Positions 29,993 to 42,777 of a stretch of DNA of 64,000 bases are shown here, piece after piece. Numbering within the stretch: the stretch's first letter is position 1; every line of letters starts with the position of its first letter. Position numbers and translations under genes: made by a program. Source of the stretch: the human T2T-CHM13v2.0 reference genome, Homo sapiens; NCBI RefSeq assembly GCF_009914755.1, contig NC_060931.1. The stretch is one strand, 5' to 3'. The notes under the pieces were generated by a model. The model saw only the letters and a list, made by a program, of their open reading frames with translations, searched no databases and had not been told where the DNA came from.

Positions 29993-30362
29993 TGGTTGGC
30001 TTTTATAAAGATAAAAGAAATACAGTTTTTGTCTGGCAATTAAAACATAACAGAAGGAATTCTCTCCTTTCTCATCACTTGTTTCTTAAGAGGGAAAAAA
30101 TTACATAATATGAAAGCCAGTTAATTAAAAACAATTTGAAATAAGGATTGTGTTATTCACCTCAGTAGTTTACACAATTGCTTGTTATATATACTAGCTA
30201 ATCTTCAAAGTTAACTATAAAGTTGAATTCAACATTAAATCTCCCTAGGCATTTTGTAAGCCAACTACTTAAAACACCGATACTTTTGATCTTTCCTGTG
30301 GACGCTGTAGTATGTTTTTAAGGCCTCAGATTACTTTAGTGTATGTACAGGGATGAACCTAC

Positions 30363-30451
30363 CTTTATCTTTTTAACAAGTTTTTTTTCTTCTTCATCAT
30401 CTGTTTCTGGAAATTCATATATTTTAACTTTATGTTCTTGGATTTCTTTAT
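30363..30451 (-). pseudogene. SEPTIN7P2: SEPT7-derived exon E (89 nt, 4-nt deletion frameshift; in-frame TAA at 30365-30367)
   Basis: cattttag|ATAAAGAAATCC (SEPT7 IMKEI needs 4 more nt); shifted frame gives [29 protein letters not shown]; ends ATAAAG|gtaggt. Confidence 0.94.
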
Positions 30452-32131
30452 CTAAAATGGAAGTAGTCAGCAAAAGAGCACCATACATAATTAGTACATT
30501 AGTCTTATGTTTATTACATGCTTCTTAGATTCCTATATGGCTCCTTGTTTCCACATCCTTTACTGTTTTTTTAATGATGCAAAGTTGTAATCTAAAATCA
30601 AAGTACTATGCTGGTCTTTTTTTTTTAAACTGTAAAGTTGATATATAAACACCAAATCCAATTACTTCAGAAGTGTTGAAGTCATACAGCTATCATATCA
30701 AAAGAGTTCCAAAAAAGATGTAAAACTCCAGAAAGGAATTTCTCTGGTTGATTTCCAGAATAATGACTTTAGGTCATTTATTTACAATGACTGAGATTCT
30801 TCCTTTAGATATAAATCTCCAAGTATCTTATTTAGTTGAATAAACAGGGCTAAACTCACCTAAAATTTTTAGTAGAATCTGGCAAAAGTAAAGTGAAACT
30901 AAGTACAACACTGCCCCCTGCACATTCATCAGAAAAATCCTTGCATGTACATGTGCATACACACAAACTGAGGAGCAGCAGGTATAAGATTAGGGGAGGA
31001 CACAGGGAGAAAACACACCCTAGAAATCAAGAATTAATAAGAATGCAGAAAACTAAAGAAGACAACTTATTAATAACATCAGGAATGACCTAGTTCAAAT
31101 TAAATTATCATGTCCAAAACCACTCCAAATTCTAAACAGAATACAGACATCCAAATAATTTTCAACTACCTATCCTTCTTTGAGCCCATAACAAACCAAT
31201 GGCTGATATACCTAAAACTAGCTTCCCTGCCTATACTTATATTTTGGTGCAATTTTCATGGCAAAGCTTCCCAGCAGCTATAAAAGGACCCTGAACAAAT
31301 TGTGTTACATGGTTACTATACTAGATAGAAGTAAACAGAAGTAAAACTGTCACTGAAGAAAAATAGGACCACATATCTTTTATAATTAGGGTATGTACCT
31401 ACATATATATTAAAAAAAAAACAGAATAAATGAGGCAACATATACATAATGAAGAGAAAAACGAATAATTGTAGCTAGGTTTAAAAGCAGTGGTTTTAGT
31501 CAGAGGTTGTATATTAAAATGACCTGAGTACAACCACCAGAATGTGACCAATTTGAAAGAAGACGTCACTTCATATTCATCTTTTTTTACCTTAAAGTTA
31601 TCAGTAAAAATCCAAATAGAAATATATAATAAAAGAAGAGAAATGTATTATAGTACTTGAAACTTAGAAATAGCACATTACAAAATAAAAATGGGAATGG
31701 ATAAGTGTAAAACAGAAAAATACTAGATACAGTAAAAACAATGTACTAAAACATTCTGAAAATTTATATGAATTTAGCGTAACTTCAAAGCAAATTTTAA
31801 CAGGCTTTTTATAACAGGTTTCAAGGTATTCTGAAATGCATATTGAAAAAGGTGAAAAACAAAATATTTTGTTACAACAGGACTATATGGACAATAGAGA
31901 TAATTACCATCTATTTTTAAATATTATACAAAGTTGTTGTGGTTTAAACAATATAATACTGGCTGAAAATAAAGACTACTGGAATAGAGAAAGTTTCCAG
32001 AATTGACCCTACATTTCATAAAATGTAATATATAATGAACCAAACACAATTAAATTAGAAATATGTGTGACTGTATAACTCAATATTATTGAGACAACTA
32101 GACATGAGTCTAGAAAAACAGTTTAGTGGTC

Positions 32132-32190
32132 TTCCAGCTAGCTCAGTCATACAGCATGAGACTCTTAATCTTAGGGTCACGGGTTTGAAC
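32132..32190 (+). pseudogene. tRNA-Lys(CTT) retropseudogene, 3'-truncated at the T-loop
   Basis: ccagctagctcagtca-tacagcatgagactcttaatcttagggtcacgggtttgaac aligns to GCCCGGCTAGCTCAGTCGGTAGAGCATGAGACTCTTAATCTCAGGGTCGTGGGTTCGAGC; 3' acceptor-stem strand missing. Confidence 0.85.
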
Positions 32191-32736
32191 AATAACTTAA
32201 ACTATAAATATCCCATAAAGTGCACTGAAAACAAAATTAGGATATAAGCAGCAAAAGAGAAAACATAAAAAATATTGTGAAAATGAGAGACAACTAAATA
32301 CCCAGAATAAAAAGAACCCATATCAATAAATACGGGCAATACCAAGTACTACCGGTCAAAAAGACAAAGGATTTAAACAGGTGTTTACAAAAAGTTAAAA
32401 AAAAACTTTGTTTTTAAATGTTCAGCCTTTCTGGAAAATAAAAGGAAAAGATAAAGAAATGATTAGGTACCACTTTATTCCAAAAAGGTTTTCAAAATAA
32501 AAATAACAAACAATGCTGGCAAAGTCACAGTGAAACAGATGTACGCTTTATAAAATGAATTTGTTTTATTGGGAAAGCACCATGACAAAATGGGGAGTGG
32601 GGAAGATAAAGACCCATAAAAACAATCATAGCCTTTGAAAGAATAATCCTCTTCCTGGGAATTCATTCTAAGAAAATAATTCTAAAGAGTATGGGTCAAA
32701 ATTATCTGTGTGGAGGTGTTATTAAAGAACACTTAA

Positions 32737-33035
32737 GGCTGGGTGTGGTGGCTCACACCTGTAATCCCAGCACTTTGGGAGGCCGAGGCAGGTGGATCAC
32801 GAGGTCAGGAGATCGAGACCATCCTGGCTAACACAGTGAAACCCTGTCTCTACTAAAAATACAAAAAATTAGTCAGGCATGGTAGTGGGTGCCTGTAGTT
32901 CCAGGCTACTCGGGAGGCTGAGGCAGGAGAATGGCGTGAACCCAGAAGGCAGAGCTTGCAGTGAACCGAGATCATGCCACTGCACTCCAACCTGGGCAAC
33001 ACAGCGAGACTCTGCCTCAAAAAAAAAACAAAACT
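32737..33035 (+). mobile_element. AluY/Sc-like
   Basis: Full Alu with 'gagatcgagaccatcctggctaac' and 'gaatggcgtgaacc'. Confidence 0.93.
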
Positions 33036-33265
33036 TAAAACAGCCATATTTAAAAACTGACAAAGGATAAGGATACTATGACAATGGGTAAGAGCTTTGA
33101 GGGGAAAACTAAGGCAGAAGATTCAAGAGTTATTTTTAATACAGTATAAATGACAATACAGTAAAGCAGTAAGAGGAATGGATTGCAACACATTATACTA
33201 AAAATAGTAAAACCTGCAAATTATGAGAATGGTATAAGAAACCTGAGTTAACACATCCTGCTCAC

Positions 33266-33383
33266 CTGTTTTTTAAACTGTTGGCATTCCTCTGGCATGA
33301 GTGTGTCTGCTTTGGCAATAAGTGGGATGATATTCACTTTTTCATGCAAATGCTTTGTAAACTCAATATCCAATGGTTTAAGT
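33266..33383 (-). pseudogene. SEPTIN7P2: SEPT7-derived exon D (118 nt): [39 protein letters not shown] (G4 AKAD intact)
   Basis: tatttcag|ACTTAA ... AAACAG|gtgagc. Confidence 0.95.
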
Positions 33384-33479
33384 CTGAAATAGACGTATTT
33401 TATATGACTGAATTAATCAGTTTGAGAGAACAAGATTCTTCACATCCCCAGTTAGATTTCAATTATCTTCAGTTGGTCG

Positions 33480-34255
33480 ACTGACTCTCAAATCTTCATA
33501 CGCAGCCCATATCTTACTGTTAAGTTCCACATTTGTGTTTACCCAGTGGATACGCTACCCAGGTGTTCCATGGGCTCCTTAAAATCAAAAGCTCGTCTGA
33601 ACCCCATTTTCCCTCTTCTGTGCTTCCTATCTCAGTGAATGGCACTACAGTCTACCCAGTTACTCAAGTGTGAAACCTAGCATTCCTCCCCTCCTCTAAT
33701 CCTCTTCCCATATATATAGTATGTGTATAGATGTATATATGTATGTATGCATATCTCCAATTCCATTACTTTAGTCTAGGCCACCAAGACCTTTGGAATG
33801 AATAACTATAATACAAACCATCCATACTAAAGTCAGAGTGGTCTTTCTAAATCCAAATCTTACTGAGTTATGCCCTGACCAAAAATCTTATCAAGACCAG
33901 ATGCCTTAACTAGTATGGCCTACGAGGCTTGTGAAGACCTAGATTCTCCAGCTGACCTCATCTCTTAGCATTCCTGGCCTTTCCTTTGCCTCCTACTTCC
34001 AATGTGCCAGCCTTTTACTTCTTTTACTTTTACTTCTTACAATTCCTTAAAAGCACCATACTTTGGCATCTGGCCACAGGCTATTACCTTGGCTGGAACA
34101 CCCTCCATTCTCATCCTCCTTCTCCTTGGCCTGGCTAATTCCTATTCATCCTTTAGGACACTGGCTTACGATCCAATTTCCACTGGGAATCCTTTTCTAA
34201 CCTAAGACTAGGCATATTTCTATGTGGTCACAACACTTAATGTGCTGTACAGTAA
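33480..34255 (+). mobile_element. L2 fragments
   Basis: 'ttcctatctcagtgaatggcactacagtctacccagttactcaag' and other L2 ORF2-derived motifs; continues ~34561-34690. Confidence 0.65.
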
Positions 34256-34270
34256 CTGCCTGCCTGCATA

Positions 34271-34560
34271 CAGATGGTTCCTCACCAACTATGGTTCCAC
34301 TTAACAATTTTTCAACTTTTTGATAGTGTGCAAGCAATACGCATTGAATAGAAACCATACAACCATTCTGTTTTTTACTTTCAGTACAGTATTCAATAAA
34401 TTACATGAGATATTCAAAACATTATTACAAATAGGCTTTATGTTAGATGATTTTGCCCAACTGTAGGCTACGCTATAATGTTTAGTAGGCAAGGTATATC
34501 AAACGTATCTTCAACTTATGATGGGTTTATGTAACCCTGTCCCAAGTCAAGGAGCATCTG
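34271..34560 (-). mobile_element. MER47A (Tigger5-related) MITE
   Basis: TA-flanked CAGATG...CATCTG termini and MER47A internal 'ttttgcccaactgtaggcta'. Confidence 0.82.
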
Positions 34561-34852
34561 TATTTGTTTCTCCCATCTTCTCATTGAAATACCCTTTACA
34601 GTGAGGGCTTTATCTCATTCATCTGTATCCTCAGCACTTAGCATGGTATCTAACACTCGAGAAGGTGCCCAAATATTTGTTGACAAAAAAAGTAAGCTGC
34701 TGTAATTTTCCTTTAGTAATTCTAAATGAGAATCAAAGTCCTCAAATCTAGAATATACTGTGGACTAAAATTTAATGTTTCACAAGAATAAATGAAGATA
34801 CTAGAAATATTTTGCAAAGGACTATCATTCTAAAGTGGTATTCCTTGACTGT

Positions 34853-35151
34853 TTTTTTTTTTTTTTTTTTTTGAGACGGAGTCTCACACTCTTGCCCGGG
34901 CTGGAGTGCAATGGCATGATCTCGACTCACTGCAACCTCCGCCTCCCAGGTTCAAGTAAGTCTCCTGCCTCAGCCTCCTGAGTAGCTGGGATCACAGGCA
35001 CCCGCCACCATGCCCAGCTGATTTTTTTGTATTTTTAGTAGACTGGGTTTCACTATGTTGGTCAGGCTGGTCTCGAACTCCTGACCTCCTGATCCACCTG
35101 CCTCAGCCTCCCAAAGTGTTGGGATTACAGGCGTGAGCCACCGTGCCCGGA
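34853..35151 (-). mobile_element. AluS
   Basis: Full Alu; TSD ggtattc(c/a)tt(g/a)act. Confidence 0.92.
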
Positions 35152-35609
35152 GGTATTCATTAACTTTTATAAAAACATGAGAAAAATGAAACAAAAGTCT
35201 CATTCTGTTATTAATTTTATTGACTAATACTAATAATTGAATTGACTCACATTTTAAAATGAAGAAAGAGAAACATATATATTAAAATTGGGGGGATTAG
35301 GGCCCTAAAACTAATAAGATAGTCCAGTCCTTTTTACTAACAAAGATTACCGCATATACTTCACTGTGGCGGTAAGGCTGACAGGCAGAAAGACAGAGAC
35401 AGTGAGGGGGAGAATGCAAATATGGAGAATTAAGATAGTTGCCTCCTATTCTAATTCTCCTTATCTTAAATCCCTTGAAATTTGACACTGGCATTCAGAG
35501 AATAGGGAGCACAATGAAAAAGAGTGTGTGGATGGAATAACACTGTTTAGATTATCTGTAAACTGTGTTCTTGCCTCACTAGTGTTAACTAAAAGAACCT
35601 ATCCATTTC

Positions 35610-36177
<568 letters not shown>

Positions 36178-37361
36178 TGAACCTATCCATCTTTGAAAAA
36201 AAATTTAAGTTTTGCTTCTTTTCATTAATCATTATATAAAACACTAAATATAAATGCCATGAAATATTCAATCTCCGATTTCTAAATTGTTATGATTTTT
36301 CAATTTATACTCATGACAAATTTAAATTGTCACTGCCTTATTAAGCTATTATGTCAGATACAAGCCTGCTTATTAATCCAGTGACAAAAAAGCAGAGTTC
36401 AGTTAACCTAAAATTTTAATAAATCTTAAAGGCATTTAATATAAAGTATTAAAATCCAAATAAGAAGATTTTATCTTTAAATGCAAAATACTTGCTGAAT
36501 ATTTATTATAGTATCCCAACTTTTAAAGAGAAAGATATTTAAAAATAAACGTGACAAGGAAATTAGAGAAGTCAACTTCTTAAATATAACCAAAGGGTCA
36601 AAAAACATTTAAGTCAGTTTAGAAATTAAACTTTAGGAAAAAAGGTAAACCTTGTAAAAGTCTCATTAAATTTCAGAAGCCTACAAGACGTCAGCAACAG
36701 AAAACATTTAGTTCACATGTGTATTACATTCCGGTTGAATTTTTTCCCTCTGTCCATTTAGATTTATATTGGCTAGTCTTTTCATCAACAAATTTAGTCT
36801 TTAAATCTTGTTTTTAAGAAATAGAAAATCCTTTATCATTTCTAGAAGATAAACCCACAGTAGAGAGAAAAGACTATTTAGCCTCAAATTCTACAGCATA
36901 ATAAACAACTACAGGGAAAGTGACAAATTTTTTTTGTATGTATGTATTTCTAAGGGAAAAAATCCTTCTGTATAAAACTCACTGGATGACACCAATTTTT
37001 CTAAAAGTGGGAATCAATACTAGAAGGATAAAACACCATTTTAAAATTCATGTTCCAAGTCAGTATTTTACTTTAATAACAGTTACAAAATAGTGAAGAA
37101 CACACATGAAGCGATAATAGCCAAAATCATAAATCAGCCGTGCATGCAGTTCATACTTGGTAGAGGGAGGTAGGAGGCACTGAAAGTGCACTGTTGGACG
37201 AATTTATAATCACTCTAAAAACAAAACCCTCTAAAAAGGGAACCTAGGGACTACCTAGACAAGATGGAAAGGCTCTGATTCATTTACTAGACTGCATAGA
37301 ATTTCAGTCTGTAGTGAGCAGGGTACCTGGAACTCTATACATAAAATTCTGTGTCATATTC

Positions 37362-37715
<354 letters not shown>

Positions 37716-38225
37716 TAAAAATAGTTAAACTAAGAAATTATTCAAAGGTACATTTTTATATATAAGATATAGCAATTTTAAACATCTTACCCCTTGTGAC
37801 AAATAAGAAATGGCACAAAGCCACTACATATCATTTGAATATAAAAATCTTTTTCTTTTAAAAAAGCTCTCATTTCCCATGCAATTTTAAGAAATAAAAT
37901 TTTCCCCAAAGGGATGGCAGGAATGTGATTTCATGAGAATTACCCTAGTTGGAGAGAGTTCGGAAAATCTAAAATAATAAAATTGGTTATAAGCTAACAA
38001 ATTTTATTGACTTAACTGCAGGTTAAGATTTCACTCTGCTGGCTTTCAGGAAAAGGCCCTGACAAGTTAAATGAGAATGATTTAAAAATATAAATTCAAG
38101 AAGCTACACAAATACTTATAAAAGGTTATACAGTGTGTTGTATTTTTGAGATGACTTTTTTTGAGCCTTTTAAGTCAAAGAGTCAGTTTAGTGATTTAAA
38201 TATGTAAACTGAGAACACCATAAAA

Positions 38226-38635
38226 TGATAGACTGGACTAAGAAAATGTGGTACATATACACCATGGAATACTATGCAGCCATAAAAAAGGATGAGTTCA
38301 TGTCCTTTGCAGGGACATGGATGAAGCTGGAAACCATCATTCTGAGCAAACTATCGCAAGGACAGAAACCCAAACACCGCATAGGTGTTTCTCACTCATA
38401 GGTGGGAATTGAACAATGAGAACACTTGGACACAGGGCGGGGAATATCATACACTAGGGCCTGTCGTGGGGTGGGGGATGGGGGAGGGATACTATTAGGA
38501 GAAATACCTAATGTAAATGACCAGTTAATGGGTGCAGCAAACAAACATGGCACATGTATACATATGTAACAAACCTGCACATTGTGAACATATACCGTAG
38601 AAGTATACTACTACTACTAATAATAATAATAAAAA
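38226..38635 (+). mobile_element. L1PA 3'-end fragment with (TAC)n(TAA)n tail
   Basis: 'gatagactggactaagaaaatgtgg...aaacctgcacattgtgaacat'. Confidence 0.93.
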
Positions 38636-39789
38636 CTGAAATTACCTCAACAAAAGGCAATGCCAGGTAGTTACAAACATGTACTACCCAATCCTGCCTG
38701 AAGGTGGGAGTCTTCAGTTATGTAACGGTCTAGGGCACAGCAAAAAAACAAAAAAAAACAAAAAAAAACAAGAGTATTAGACATAAAAGAAGAAACATTT
38801 TTACCCCACTCCAATCTGACAGTGCAAAAATATAAGTATATAATTAAGGCTCCCTTATCCATCTACAGTGATAATGGGCATTGACCCATCTATAAAAACA
38901 AACAAAAAAAAGAGAGCGAGAAGCCAAAAATGGAAGAGAAAGGTATACCTGAAGGAATTGGTTTACTCTACTGTAATGTGAGTGTTAGATAACTTAATGC
39001 TATTTAGCCTGATGCTACTACAGTTCTTTTGGTGGAGAGATGGTGGAGTTACAATCACCAGGTGGCTGAATTATGTATGCTGAGTTACTTACCCAAAGGA
39101 AAAGACTGAGGAAGAATAATTGGAAAAATCTGCAGTTACAAATGACACATATATGTACTCAAAATGAAAGGGGAAGTACGAAGAACAAAAAAAGGGAGTA
39201 CAGGCTAACTATAACAAACAGAACAATCACATCAGATTAATGTCTAGATTCTTAGATCTTATGTCCTAATAAACAAAAGGTTAGTACTGACAATATGATA
39301 CTTAAACGACATGTCTATGACAGCTAAGGTGAAACAGAAGCCAAACAGATTTCTTGCAGAAAGAAATGGCACAAGAAAACATTGGCATGCAAGTGCTTTT
39401 GATAACCATCTCTTATGAGACTTATAATAAATAGCATCTTTGGATTTATTTTGAATATGTCTAACTGGTTTGGCTGCTTCTCTTTATTTGGTAGTTCAAC
39501 ATGAAAGCTAAATTTGCCACACTGAGACCTCAAACCATGGTGGCAACACTGTTTATTTCCATGAAGCAGGGAAAATCCTCATGAATGAAGAACTAAGGAG
39601 TAAAATCACTGTTAGCTTACACAGGACTTAAAAAGGCTTTTCAACTAAGACATTTCTACATGAAATTTGGTACTTAATAATGGGTATAGTTGTATGTACT
39701 TCACAAACTTAAAGATTACTCAAATATGCACATAAAGGTAACAGTAAGCAACAACAACAAAAAGGAATCAGAAGTATCAGGTTACTGAC

Positions 39790-39924
39790 CCATGTCCTGA
39801 AGGAGCAATGAAGTATAAACAACAGTGCACCCTGTTACCAGGCATCTGACATCTGTTCACTTGCGATTCTGCATTTAGGTAGTCCTCAAATTTACTATCA
39901 ATGTAATTGATAACAGGCTGCCAG
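39790..39924 (-). pseudogene. SEPTIN7P2: SEPT7-derived exon C (135 nt): [45 protein letters not shown]
   Basis: ttctatag|CTGGCA ... ACATGG|gtcagt. Confidence 0.95.
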
Positions 39925-40820
39925 CTATAGAATGCAAATAAACAAAACAATTAAGTTGCAATTCTATATATGAATTAACTGATGACTGTTAAAGAACAAT
40001 AATCAATATTTTCAAATAGGCAAAATGAATTTACCAATGGAAGACATGTCAAGTTATTCTATATAAAGATTCAAAAATATAAATTATGTTGAATAAATCT
40101 TTATTATTTCAAAACTTTCCAAATGAAAGAAAATATTTATTGTTGAAACACAGCTAAATTATTAGCATATTACTGGCACTAGTAAGTGTATTAATAACAC
40201 ACTTCATAATATGAAAACAATTATATTCAGTTTCAAATTTCAAATGAGAGATTACTTTAAATAATATAAAAACTTCATGATGAACTTAGGAGTTTTAAGA
40301 GTTGACAGAAAAATACCTCAAAAACAATGTGAATTCAAACAAAAATAAAAGTTATTTATAAAATACTAAGATAATTACTTCAGACTAAAATTTCATAGTT
40401 GTTTTCTTCACTTAGGACTTATGGAAAAACTGAAGGTCTAAATATCAGGTTTAAATTAGGATTGAGATAGAATTTATACAAATGGATAAAATTAAAGCAA
40501 ACAGTTTTAAATTTCTTACAATAATGAGAATTCTTCTATCTAGCTACGTTATTTTGGAACATGTCTTAAAAACAATTTTTATGATAGGTATTATCTCCAT
40601 TTTATAGAAAAGTAAATGGGTTCAAAGAAGTTAAACTTCTTTGTTTAACTTTGAAGTTAAACTTTGTCAAATAAGTGGCAAAGCTGGTATACAAACCTGT
40701 CATGTTACTTGAAGTTTGGTGACCTTTGCTAAGAAGAGTTTTAAAATGTTAAGAAGAGAAAGTTTAACCACCCCAGTACCCCAAATACACTGGAAAGTTG
40801 TGAGGACAAATCCTTCTTAC

Positions 40821-40921
40821 CAATTACTATTATCCACTGCATCTCCAAATCCTGGGGTATCAACTATTGTAAGCAGCAACTGAATACCACCTTCTTTGAT
40901 TAAAACTTTGGATTGTTCCAC
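40821..40921 (-). pseudogene. SEPTIN7P2: SEPT7-derived exon B (101 nt): [33 protein letters not shown] (G3 DTPG intact)
   Basis: ctcttatag|GTGGAA ... TAATTG|gtaaga. Confidence 0.95.
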
Positions 40922-41947
40922 CTATAAGAGTAATTGGTGCAGATGTTAGTATCATACATTACACCAGTGATTTCCTACCAGGGGTGATGGTAGGGATGTT
41001 TGAGTTTATCTACCTACTCCCACATTTTCTTTAGGATCAATGATTGTGGGCATTGGGAATCCAGATTATTTGAAAGAAAAGCGTATATACAAATAGTATG
41101 CCAATCTCTTGGAAAATTAATACTGGGTTTATGAGTCATACTTGGTATAAAGAAAGACAGAGGAACTGATAAAATAGTGATCACCACTAAAGACATGTAA
41201 TACATAACTTAAATGTGCATCTAATAATACAAATAAGCAGATTGAGTGATTCAGTCATTCACAGAGTTCAAATGTAATTAATCAGGCAAGAACATTTAAT
41301 CTACTGTTTATAGTAAATGTCTTCCTGGACTATTCTCTATCAAGTTTGGCCCAAACCACTCACTCAAGTGAACTTACTATCATTCCTAAATCTTTCTCAG
41401 CATGGATGTAATTACCCTTATATTTATGTTATGGCTAGGATCCAATCCTCTTCTCAAATGCGATACTCCACATTCTGGACAATGTAATCAGCAAAAGTCC
41501 AGACAGTTAATAAAAAAAAGTGTATTCTGGTAGGGTGAAACCTTACTGATTATTGGACTTAAATGATAACAACAGTTCCTGGAACAATTTAAGATATTCT
41601 GTAACCTCAAGCTCTGTATCAGAAGATGTATTATCATTCATCCTGGGCATATGCTGCTATTAAATGCAAAGTATCAGTTTTCAGGAGCCCAAGATAAAGC
41701 AAACACGGATTCAAATAAAAAGGGAATAATTCCTTCATAAGATAGGCTTTCTCCTGATACATATTTATATCAAGTCCTTATTAAGGCAAGAGGCTCCAAG
41801 TATGCTGATAAGCTAATTTACAAGACAAAAAGTTTGGGACACTTTTACAGATAGCCTATTTCCTTTTGGCATGTTTTATAGATGCTACCTAATGCATGAA
41901 GAGACTAACATGCGGAGACTAAGATTGCTGAGCAAGAAAAGTCTGTA

Positions 41948-42150
41948 GCCACACTATCCAATAACACTTTCTGAGATGATGGAATTGTTGTGTATCCACA
42001 CTGTCCAATATGGTAGCCACTTGCCCATGTGGCTACTTACTCCTTAAAATCTGACTAGTGCAAATAAGGAACTGATATTTAATTTTATTTAATTTGAATT
42101 AACTTAAATAGCCACATGTGGCTAGTGACTACTGAATACACAGCAGAGGT
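41948..42150 (+). mobile_element. MER3 (hAT-Charlie)
   Basis: 'ctgtccaatatggtagccact...aatagccacatgtggctagtg'. Confidence 0.8.
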
Positions 42151-42649
42151 CTATAGCAATCAAGAGTTTTCTGTTAAAAGAATTTTATTATCAAGAATAA
42201 AACTTATAAAACTGAAAAAAATTGCCTGAGATGTGGACATGCATGACTTATCTTTTAGAGAAATGAGATGCCAAAGTCTTATCTTTTAGATTAATGTTCT
42301 TGAAACTGCTTTGATCCTGATACAAACTATCAGTGAAAATTTTGCAGATCCAAAAGATATTTACCCACCAAATATATATTATTGGCAATCTGAATATTAA
42401 GTATTAATATGTATTATCATTTATCTGTAGATTAAAAGTAAACATCAATAAATAAGAGTTGTAATAGTTTCTGATCATCCTCAGCATCAGTGATGGATGC
42501 ACATCATTTAGAAGATCACTGTTACATACCACATAACTAAGATAACATGTCTATTATCAGGTTACCCTAATAACATGAGAGAGGCAAAATGACTCAGAGA
42601 AAACAATCAGATTCATCAGTGTGAAATCATGAGAACCAAAGGAAAAAAA

Positions 42650-42777
42650 ATTTTTTTTTTAGTCAGGGTCTCACTCTGTTGCCCAGGCTGGAGTGCATGG
42701 TAGATCATAGCTTACTGCAGCTTCAAACTCCTGGGTTCAAGCAATCTTCCCATTTCAGCCTCCCAAAGTGCTGGGCC
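42650..42777 (-). mobile_element. FLAM/AluJ monomer
   Basis: Single reverse Alu arm. Confidence 0.8.
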
